A stretch of 64,000 nt of DNA from Bacteroidetes bacterium HGW-Bacteroidetes-4. Its GTDB lineage: Bacteria > Bacteroidota > Bacteroidia > Bacteroidales > SZUA-534. The notes below the pieces were generated by a model. The model made no database searches. It saw nothing but the letters and a program-made list of their open reading frames with translations, and was not told the origin of the DNA. This document shows positions 57,221 through 64,000 of the stretch, one piece after another; positions within the stretch are counted from its first letter, which is position 1, and each line of letters begins with the position of its first letter. The translations under genes were made by a program, and so were the position numbers. The stretch is from NCBI GenBank assembly GCA_002840905.1, contig PHDD01000012.1, positions 80,144-144,143 on the forward strand. The letters run 5' to 3'.

Positions 57221-57874
57221 ATGGACGATGAAAGATTAATAAACAAAACGGTGTCTTTTGTAAAAGCTCAATTGCAATCGGCTGAAGGAGGGCACGATTG
57301 GTGGCACATCCTTCGGGTATGGAATAATGCCAAAACCATTGGAGCAGTGGAAGGTGGAAACTTATTGCTTATAGAACTTGCAGCTCTATTGCACGATATT
57401 GCTGATTCCAAATTTCACCAGGGCGATGAAAGCCTGGGACCAAAAGTAGCTTATGAGTTTTTATCGTCGTTGGGACTTAATGAAAAGCTAATCAGTCAGG
57501 TAGTTTATATTATTGCCCATATGTCGTTTAAAGGAGGACAGGAGCAACCCGAAAATAAGTCGCTTGAATTCGAAATTGTACAGGACGCCGATCGGCTCGA
57601 TGCTATGGGAGCCATTGGTATAGCACGCACATTTAATTACGGGGGGTTTAAAAACCGCGAAATGTATAATCCTGAAGTTTTGCCCAACCTGAATCAAAGC
57701 AAAGAAGCTTATAAAAATTCCAAAGCCCCAACCATCAATCATTTTTATGAGAAACTACTTCTGTTAAAAGATTTGATGAACACCCAAACAGGAAAAAAAA
57801 TGGCTGAGCAACGACATCAGTTTATGGAACTTTACCTGGAGCAATTTTTTGCTGAATGGAATGGTAAACTATAA
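57221..57874 (+). CDS. HD-domain phosphohydrolase
   Basis: GHDWWHILRVWNN ... LLHDIADSKF ... DADRLDAMGAIGIAR. Confidence 0.8.
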   Translation: MDDERLINKTVSFVKAQLQSAEGGHDWWHILRVWNNAKTIGAVEGGNLLLIELAALLHDIADSKFHQGDESLGPKVAYEFLSSLGLNEKLISQVVYIIAHMSFKGGQEQPENKSLEFEIVQDADRLDAMGAIGIARTFNYGGFKNREMYNPEVLPNLNQSKEAYKNSKAPTINHFYEKLLLLKDLMNTQTGKKMAEQRHQFMELYLEQFFAEWNGKL

Positions 57875-57880
57875 TAAAAA

Positions 57881-58561
57881 ATGAAATTTAAAGGGATAAT
57901 TTTCGATTTTAACGGTACCTTATTGCTCGATTCGCCTTTGCATGAGGAAGCCTGGATTACTATGGCGGCCAAACTGCGTAGCAAACCCCTCAGTATTGCC
58001 GAATTTCAGCAATATGGTCATGGACGTACCAACAAGGCCATCATTACGTATCTTTTAGGGCGGGAACCGGAACAAACCGAATTAGAATACATAGTGGAAG
58101 AAAAGGAAAGTCAGTATCGTACCATGTGCCTGAATCATCCGGAAACTTTTTGCCTGGCTCCCGGAGTTATTCCCTTCTTAAACGAAATCAAATCAGCAGG
58201 TATTCCCATTACCATTGCAACCGGTTCGTATAAGCCGAATGTCGATTTTTATTTTAAACAACTGAATCTGGATGTTTGGTTTGATCGTTCCAGGGTGGTA
58301 CTCGACGATGGTACGTATCCGGGAAAACCGGCTCCCGATATTTTCTTTTTAGCAGCTCAAAAATTAAATCTACCGGTTAACGACTGTCTGGTTTTCGAGG
58401 ACAGTTATTCAGGAATTCAGGCAGCATACGAAGCAGGAGTTGCAAAAATTTTGGCCGTTGAACCTACCTTAGAAAAATCAAAAATTGCTCATCCAATTAA
58501 CAACCTTGTTTATTGTAAGGGCTTTTCGGAAATTAAACTTGATTTTTTGAAACAAATATAA
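57881..58561 (+). CDS. HAD-superfamily hydrolase (beta-phosphoglucomutase-like subfamily IA)
   Basis: Motif I IIFDFNGTL (Asn at the D+2 position), motif II IATGS, and motif IV VFEDSYSGIQAA. Confidence 0.8.
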   Translation: MKFKGIIFDFNGTLLLDSPLHEEAWITMAAKLRSKPLSIAEFQQYGHGRTNKAIITYLLGREPEQTELEYIVEEKESQYRTMCLNHPETFCLAPGVIPFLNEIKSAGIPITIATGSYKPNVDFYFKQLNLDVWFDRSRVVLDDGTYPGKPAPDIFFLAAQKLNLPVNDCLVFEDSYSGIQAAYEAGVAKILAVEPTLEKSKIAHPINNLVYCKGFSEIKLDFLKQI

Positions 58562-58592
58562 CCCTAAGGGGGTTCTAAACCCTCGTAGGGTT
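58560..58592 (+). repeat. REP-like element, left copy
   Basis: AACCCTAAGGGGGTTCTAAACCCTCGTAGGGTT. It contains the hairpin AACCCT-CGT-AGGGTT and starts inside the HAD gene stop codon. Confidence 0.8.
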
Positions 58593-58603
58593 AACTATTT
58601 ATT

Positions 58604-59188
58604 ATGGCTGATTCAAAAACACCACTCGAGGCAGATAGATTTTATCATATCTACAACCATGCTGTTGGAAATGAGTTGCTATTCTATAGAAATGAAAACT
58701 ATTTACTTTTTTTAAGATTAATACAAAAATACCTTGTTAATTATTTCGATTTTTATGCTTATTGCTTAATGCCCAATCACTTTCACTTAGTTGTTCAGGT
58801 TAAGAATCCCAATGAAAACAATTTTTACGATTACAAAGGAAATAAACCAGAAGAGTTGTATTATTTTTTAAGCCGTAAGTTATCGCATCTGTTTAATAGT
58901 TATGCACAATCAATTAATAAACAACAAAACCGAAAAGGGAGTCTTTTTTATAATCGATATAAACGTCAGCAAATTAACAATGAATCTTATTTTAAGAAAC
59001 TAATACATTATGTTCATTATAATCCAGTTAGCGCGCGATTATGCAATGATATTAGTGATTGGATGTTTTCGTCTTATAATGCCTATTTAACAAGCTCAAA
59101 ATCTTTAATAAAAAGAGATTATGTTATTGATTTGTTTGGTGATTTGAATAATTTTATTCATTGCCATAAAACAATACCCGAAATATAA
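58604..59188 (+). CDS. IS200/IS605-type Y1 (HUH) transposase-like protein, RAYT class
   Basis: HUH motif CLMPNHFHLVVQV and the catalytic-Tyr region KLIHYVHYNPV. Size is 194 aa. Confidence 0.85.
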   Translation: MADSKTPLEADRFYHIYNHAVGNELLFYRNENYLLFLRLIQKYLVNYFDFYAYCLMPNHFHLVVQVKNPNENNFYDYKGNKPEELYYFLSRKLSHLFNSYAQSINKQQNRKGSLFYNRYKRQQINNESYFKKLIHYVHYNPVSARLCNDISDWMFSSYNAYLTSSKSLIKRDYVIDLFGDLNNFIHCHKTIPEI

Positions 59189-59196
59189 GGAATATG

Positions 59197-59229
59197 AACC
59201 CTACGAGGGTTCTAAACCTTCTTAGGGTT
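59197..59229 (-). repeat. REP-like element, right copy (inverted)
   Basis: AACCCTACGAGGGTTCTAAACCTTCTTAGGGTT. Its reverse complement, AACCCTAAGAAGGTTTAGAACCCTCGTAGGGTT, matches the left copy at most positions. Confidence 0.8.
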
Positions 59230-59256
59230 AGGGTTAAAGAATTAAAAATTAAGTAT

Positions 59257-60282
59257 ATGAAAGCTCTTTTTATTGGAGGAACTGGAAACATCAGCACAGC
59301 GGTAAGTCGGTTGGCAGTAGCCAAAGGAATCGACTTGTACCATCTAAACCGGGGAAAAACCGAAACAGAACGCGTTGCCGGAGTAAAAACTTTGCGGGCC
59401 GATATAAATGATGTAGCGGCTGTAAAAAAGCTTCTGGAAAACCAACAATGGGATGTGGTAGTTAATTGGATTGCTTTTGTGCCGGAACATATTCAACGCG
59501 ATTTTGAATTGTTTGCCGGACTTACCCGGCAGTATATTTTTATAAGCTCGGCCTCAGTTTACCAAAAACCCTTGTTGCATGCCACGGTGAACGAATCAAC
59601 GCCCTTAAAAAACCCGTATTGGAAATATTCGCGCGATAAGATAGCCTGTGAAGATCTACTGATGCAATACTACCGCGAAAGCGATTTTCCGATAACCATT
59701 GTTCGCCCTTCGCACACTTACCGGAATTTTATTCCCTCCTGTTTTGGCTTCGATCATCATTATACTTTGGTGAACCGGATTTTAAACGATAAACCCATTC
59801 TGGTTCCCGGAACCGGACTCAGCCGATGGACTTTAACCCATGCCGACGATTTTGCCAAAGGTTTTGTGGGATTGATGGGACATCAGGATACTTACGGACA
59901 TGCTTTTCAGATTACCAGCGATGAGCAATTAACCTGGAACCAGATTTACAACGAGATTGGTGCAGCATTGGGTAAAACCCCAAAGTTGGTGCATGTTCCT
60001 TTGGATGCTTTGGTAAAATATACACGCGAAAATGGGGGAAGCCAGGCTGAGGTGGTTGAACTGATAGGCGGATTGGAAGGTGATAAGCTAACCAATGTTA
60101 ATTTTGACAATTCAAAAATAAAAACCTTTGTTCCAGGTTTCGAAGCTACCATTCCTTTTCGGGAAGGTATCCGAAGGGCTTTAGCCTGGTTTGCTGCCGA
60201 TGCTTCTCGAAAAATTATAAATCATCAGGCCGATGCGGCCATGGATAGGCTGATAGCACAATGGCAGAAAACGTTGAAATAA
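59257..60282 (+). CDS. NAD-dependent epimerase/dehydratase (extended SDR)
   Basis: Rossmann motif ALFIGGTGNIS and catalytic YSRDK (YxxxK). I chose the ATG at 59257 because the upstream extension runs through the REP element. Confidence 0.85.
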   Translation: MKALFIGGTGNISTAVSRLAVAKGIDLYHLNRGKTETERVAGVKTLRADINDVAAVKKLLENQQWDVVVNWIAFVPEHIQRDFELFAGLTRQYIFISSASVYQKPLLHATVNESTPLKNPYWKYSRDKIACEDLLMQYYRESDFPITIVRPSHTYRNFIPSCFGFDHHYTLVNRILNDKPILVPGTGLSRWTLTHADDFAKGFVGLMGHQDTYGHAFQITSDEQLTWNQIYNEIGAALGKTPKLVHVPLDALVKYTRENGGSQAEVVELIGGLEGDKLTNVNFDNSKIKTFVPGFEATIPFREGIRRALAWFAADASRKIINHQADAAMDRLIAQWQKTLK

Positions 60283-60286
60283 GGTG

Positions 60287-60880
60287 TTATTTTTTTACCA
60301 CACAACGTATTACTGATGCTGGTCCCTGGTGTCCCGGTCCTTCATCGAGCGTGATAATCTTTTCTTCAATTCGAATGCTTTTTGCTCCCTTAAAATCGGC
60401 TTTCAATTGTTCGCGGGTAAAAAGCATTTCCAGAGCTTTGGGTCCGCCCGACGAATAATTCAGTTGTTCCGGTGTAAAGGCTTCCAATAGTATAGTTCCT
60501 CCGGGTTTTAACCATTCCAGGTATTTTTGGTGCATGGTACTGCGCAAGGGGGGAAGCAGGTGGGTAAAAACCAATCCGATGGCATCAAATGTTTCCGGTT
60601 CAAAGGCCGCCATTTGATAGTCGAGCAGACGAAAATCGAGGCTAATGTTTTTTGAATCTGCCAGTTTAAGCGCTTTTTTACGAGCTTCGTTGCTGGTGTC
60701 AAAGGCAAGCACATTCCAGCCCAATTGTGCTGCATACACGGCATTTCGGCCTTCGCCTTCGGCAGGGAATAAAATATTACCGGGCTGTAAATCTTGCAAT
60801 TGTTCTTTTATAAATGCATTGGGGTCTACTCCGTATAAATAGTCGGGAGTTCCGTATTTTTGATTCCAGAATTCACTCAT
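60287..60880 (-). CDS. Class I SAM-dependent methyltransferase
   Basis: Motif I-like ILFPAEGEGRNAVYAAQLGWNVLAFD. Size is 197 aa. Confidence 0.8.
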   Translation of the reverse strand: MSEFWNQKYGTPDYLYGVDPNAFIKEQLQDLQPGNILFPAEGEGRNAVYAAQLGWNVLAFDTSNEARKKALKLADSKNISLDFRLLDYQMAAFEPETFDAIGLVFTHLLPPLRSTMHQKYLEWLKPGGTILLEAFTPEQLNYSSGGPKALEMLFTREQLKADFKGAKSIRIEEKIITLDEGPGHQGPASVIRCVVKK

Positions 60881-60966
60881 CGTTCATTTTTTTGAGGATA
60901 AACACGCATTGAGTAATAAAGTTTAGAAGGATTATTTGGCTAGTGGCTTTTTGTTAACTTTGCTTC

Positions 60967-61200
60967 ATGGAAAATCAACAGCAAAATAATCCCTTACACG
61001 GGGTAACGCTTGAAAAAACACTGACCGATTTGGTGGAATATTACGACTGGGACATGCTGGCCCGACTGGTGCCCATCAACTGTTTTATTAACGAACCCAG
61101 CATGAAATCGAGCCTGAAGTTCCTGCGTCGGACGCCCTGGGCACGTAAAAAGGTGGAAGCGCTTTACCTTGAGAATCTTGATAAATTCAGGCAACAATAA
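60967..61200 (+). CDS. VF530/DUF2132-like small DNA-binding protein
   Basis: [60 protein letters not shown] matches my memory of this family. Confidence 0.65.
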   Translation: MENQQQNNPLHGVTLEKTLTDLVEYYDWDMLARLVPINCFINEPSMKSSLKFLRRTPWARKKVEALYLENLDKFRQQ

Positions 61201-61211
61201 AATTTATAAAA

Positions 61212-61254
61212 CATCGGGACATGCCTAATTAAACCTTTGTATGCATGCCCGATG
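61212..61254. terminator. Imperfect hairpin between convergent genes
   Basis: CATCGGGACATGC (61212-61224) pairs with GCATGCCCGATG (61243-61254), with one bulged A. Confidence 0.5.
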
Positions 61255-61267
61255 CCTTGCTTATTTT

Positions 61268-61597
61268 CTACTCCATATCCTTTTCTGCTTTATCAGCTTT
61301 ATCAGATACTGCTTTTTCTTTAGCGGTATAACCCAAATCCTCAATGGCTTTTTGTAAAAGGGCCACGCTGTTTTTATCGTCGCGAAAAAGAAAGGTAATT
61401 TCTTTTTTTTCAAGGTCAACCTTTACATCTTTCACTCCTTTTTCGTAAGGCAGGTTTTTCATCATCACCTTTTCACAGTGGTGACAGGTTAAATTTACTT
61501 CAAAGGTTACCTTCTTTATCAGTTCGGTTTTTTGAGCTGTTGTGCTTATGGTTACAAGCATCAATAAAGCTCCAATTACATATCCTAAGTTTTTCAT
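61268..61597 (-). CDS. Secreted heavy-metal-associated (HMA) domain protein
   Basis: Signal peptide MKNLGYVIGALLMLVTISTTAQ and the metal site LTCHHCEKV in a ferredoxin-like fold. I chose the start at the ATG at 61597. Confidence 0.75.
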   Translation of the reverse strand: MKNLGYVIGALLMLVTISTTAQKTELIKKVTFEVNLTCHHCEKVMMKNLPYEKGVKDVKVDLEKKEITFLFRDDKNSVALLQKAIEDLGYTAKEKAVSDKADKAEKDME

Positions 61598-61628
61598 TTC
61601 AAATATATTTAATTGGTTCAACAGATTA

Positions 61629-63836
61629 TTATCTTTTGTCGAGTGTGTATTTAATTCCCACGTAAAACATACGTCCGTAAATCGGTCCCCAAATCTGGCT
61701 GGCATCGAATTCGTCGCCAAACGGAAGCGAAGGATCGATTATGGGGTTTTCCTGAACAATTCCGGTCAGGTTTTCGCCTCCGGCATAAAAACTCCAGTTG
61801 CGGTAATTTTTGGTTACCTGGGCAATTAAGGTGGCGTAGTTTACTGAAGTTTCGGGGCGTATGTTTTCTGTCCGGTTTCCCGATGTATTGGGCAAAGTAC
61901 TTTGTCCATGAAGCTGAAGCGTGGCATCGAACTGCCATTTATCCATGTGGGTACGGTATTGGGCCGACAACATACCTTTATACCGGCTAATCATGGGAAC
62001 ATTTCTCAATTCGCCATTGTAAGTAGCTTTCACATCGTTGTAGCGAAAAGCTGTAGTTACTTCAAAACGTTCAAACAGTTCATAGAATAGCTCTGCCTGT
62101 GCACTTTGGGCGTACGATTTCCCGTTCAGTGCATCGAAATAGGCAAAACCGGTGGTGCGGTCCAGGTCAACAATCAGTTGTTGTTCAAAATCGGTACGGA
62201 AGTATTCCAGGGTTACTTGCATATTGCGTAGTCCTAAGGGAATTTCGTTTACCAGACTAACGCCGTAATTCCAGGCTTCTTCGAGTAGTTGGGTTTCGTT
62301 CAGCACCAATTGACGCGAACTGGCCAGTAACTGGGAGTTTTCATTAATTGCCGAAGCGGTGCGGTAGCCTTTTCCTACCGATGCCCGAAGTGTGGTAAAG
62401 GCCTCAAAATGGTATTTGGAATGCAGGCGCGGTGTAAACATGTTTCCGTGCAAAGAGCTGTAATCGTAACGCATACCGGCTAAAAATGAAAAGCGTTCCG
62501 AGGGAATGTAATTGTATTCCAGAAAAGCACCGGGAACCCATTCTTCGTAGCCTTCTTTGCTTGAATTCAATACCTCGTTGTTCTTATCGGCGGTAAGACT
62601 AAGTCCGGTATTGAAAGTATGTGCTGTATTTCCGATATACGATTGAAAAATCAGGTTCGAATAAAGGTTTTGTTGTACAGCATCGTAAGCATTTGTTCCA
62701 TAAAACGATTGGCGTTCGAAGTGGTTAAAACTGTTAATCCAGCCAATGCTGGTCGCTGGTCGGTCGAATACGTGTCCCAGTTTGGCAAAGGCATTCCAGC
62801 GGGTTACATCCACGTTTATGCCATAAGCACTTTGTTCGTCAGCTGTTTTGTTATGGTCAAAAGCAGTTTGACCGCCTTTACGGCTTTCATCCACCACCGA
62901 AATTCCCATTTTTAGCGTGGTATTTTCGTTGGTATAATTCCAACGATTCATAAGGTTTATTTGATTCGACAAAGGCCGGTCCAGAAAGCCATCGTTGTTC
63001 ATGTCGATTTCACGTAGGCTGCTGCCGCCATGCAATAGGAGCGAAGTACTCCATTTATCGTTCAGCGGTAAAGCATAGGTTACATTGCTTTCAATTTTGC
63101 CGTCCTGATTACCGTAGGCATAAAAGCTCAGCTTTTCCAGTCCGTCGGGTTCTTTGTACTGAATGTTTATTTGTCCGGTTAGCGATTCGTAACCGTTTTT
63201 AACCGCGGCTGAACCTTTTGATACCTGAATGCTATGCAACCAGGTTCCCGGAATATATTCCAGTCCAAAAGCCGATTCAGCTCCGCGTAAGATGGGAATG
63301 TTTTCCATCATTAGTTGTGAGTAACGTCCGCTTAAACCCAGTAGTTTAATTTGTTTGATGCCTGAAACTGCATCGGCAAACGAAACATCGACCGATGCGT
63401 TGGTTTCAAAACTTTCCGACAGGTTACAGCAGGCGAATTTTGTAAGCTCTTTATTGGTGATGGTTTGCGTCATGATGGGGTTTATTTTTGACAAATGCGT
63501 CGATTGCACGCGCTCGCTTACCGTAACTTCGTTTAGTTTGCTGCCCGCACTCAAATGAACCCTAAGCTGGCTTTTACCTGAAACATCGATAGTATCGGTT
63601 TGATACCCCACATAACTGAACACAAGCGTGTTCTTTCCTTCGGGTTGTTCCAGTTTAAAGTAACCCTCGGCATTGCTAACTGTTCCCACGGTGGTCCCCG
63701 CCCAAAATATATTTACACCAATAAGCGGCTCGTGTTGATGTTGATCGAAGACCCAACCTTCGACCGGTTTTGCCTCCATACTTTTAGAGTTTAATAATGC
63801 TACCCACAATAGCATTACATAACATGTATTTCTCAT
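61629..63836 (-). CDS. TonB-dependent receptor with an N-terminal carboxypeptidase-regulatory-like domain
   Basis: Signal peptide, then a CarbopepD_reg-like segment (GWVFDQHQHEPLIGVNIFWAGTTVGTVSNAEGYFKL). Plug motifs follow (GIKQIKLLGLSGRYSQLMMENIPILRG), then a long beta-barrel. Confidence 0.9.
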   Translation of the reverse strand: MRNTCYVMLLWVALLNSKSMEAKPVEGWVFDQHQHEPLIGVNIFWAGTTVGTVSNAEGYFKLEQPEGKNTLVFSYVGYQTDTIDVSGKSQLRVHLSAGSKLNEVTVSERVQSTHLSKINPIMTQTITNKELTKFACCNLSESFETNASVDVSFADAVSGIKQIKLLGLSGRYSQLMMENIPILRGAESAFGLEYIPGTWLHSIQVSKGSAAVKNGYESLTGQINIQYKEPDGLEKLSFYAYGNQDGKIESNVTYALPLNDKWSTSLLLHGGSSLREIDMNNDGFLDRPLSNQINLMNRWNYTNENTTLKMGISVVDESRKGGQTAFDHNKTADEQSAYGINVDVTRWNAFAKLGHVFDRPATSIGWINSFNHFERQSFYGTNAYDAVQQNLYSNLIFQSYIGNTAHTFNTGLSLTADKNNEVLNSSKEGYEEWVPGAFLEYNYIPSERFSFLAGMRYDYSSLHGNMFTPRLHSKYHFEAFTTLRASVGKGYRTASAINENSQLLASSRQLVLNETQLLEEAWNYGVSLVNEIPLGLRNMQVTLEYFRTDFEQQLIVDLDRTTGFAYFDALNGKSYAQSAQAELFYELFERFEVTTAFRYNDVKATYNGELRNVPMISRYKGMLSAQYRTHMDKWQFDATLQLHGQSTLPNTSGNRTENIRPETSVNYATLIAQVTKNYRNWSFYAGGENLTGIVQENPIIDPSLPFGDEFDASQIWGPIYGRMFYVGIKYTLDKR

Positions 63837-64000
63837 TAACTTCTTCTTTATTTTATTTATGAAACGCAAATTTCAAAAAAGCAAAACTTTCGTTTTTCAC
63901 TTCAGTTAAATCCATAGAATTTTTAGAAACAGCCGTTCTACAAGACGTCAGAAAGCAGTCTCACTAAGTAATCAAAGAAGAAATACCTGAATCATCACCA

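Larger units (their letters stand above)
58560..59229 (+). mobile_element. RAYT (REP-associated tyrosine transposase) gene bracketed by inverted REP-like hairpin elements
   Basis: A 33-nt element on each flank in inverted orientation, an HUH/Y1 transposase-like ORF between them, and clearly more AT-rich sequence than the neighbours. Confidence 0.75.

Noticed and set aside
63870-64000. A tRNA or att site at the window end (sequence ends ...CACCA) or in the prophage-proximal intergenic regions
   Set aside because: No T-loop (GTTCGAATC-like) or acceptor-stem complementarity is visible here, at 11522-12018 or at 13933-14700. Confirmation with tRNAscan-SE is advisable.

Overview
The window looks like a Bacteroidota-type chromosome: AT-rich backbone, TAnnTTTG-like promoter motifs, little Shine-Dalgarno signal, GT3/GH57 glycogen genes and a TonB-dependent receptor. 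All product calls rest on motifs read by eye and on gene order. No database search was possible. (1) 1 to ~11.5 kb is the right-hand part of a visibly higher-GC siphovirus-like prophage. It carries a putative major tail protein, a chaperone pair with a -1 frame ORF, a 1094-aa tape measure, Dit/Tal-like proteins, an Mtd_N-like fibre, a PKD+LRR receptor-binding protein, an orphan Dam methylase and a divergent HTH-like gene. No integrase, lysis cassette, tRNA or att pair is visible. (2) 12 to 22.9 kb holds sensor kinases, a LacI regulator, cdd, a LysM glucosaminidase, fmt, and a repeat+GH16-like protein lacking the second catalytic Glu. (3) 23.2 to 41 kb is a large alpha-glucan (glycogen) locus: glgB, GH13, a single 1403-aa GT3 synthase-GT35 phosphorylase fusion, GH57, GT4 and a debranching enzyme. 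Two PAS/GAF kinases sit inside it and a cNMP-binding kinase sits next to it. (4) 41 to 64 kb is mostly housekeeping: pepD, TauE, mltG, proC, proS, mgsA, EamA, hydrolases, an epimerase, a methyltransferase, and an HMA protein with a TonB receptor. Two accessory insertions stand out there. One is a perfectly phased array of nine 21-bp tandem repeats (45781-45969), open in only one of six frames as I-N-x-D-x-C-L heptads. The other is a RAYT/IS200-like gene bracketed by inverted REP-like hairpins (58560-59229). I consider the 21-bp array, the GT3-GT35 fusion with its kinase-containing locus, and the low-GC LRR cassette in the phage receptor-binding gene the most worthwhile leads. None can be called novel without database comparison.
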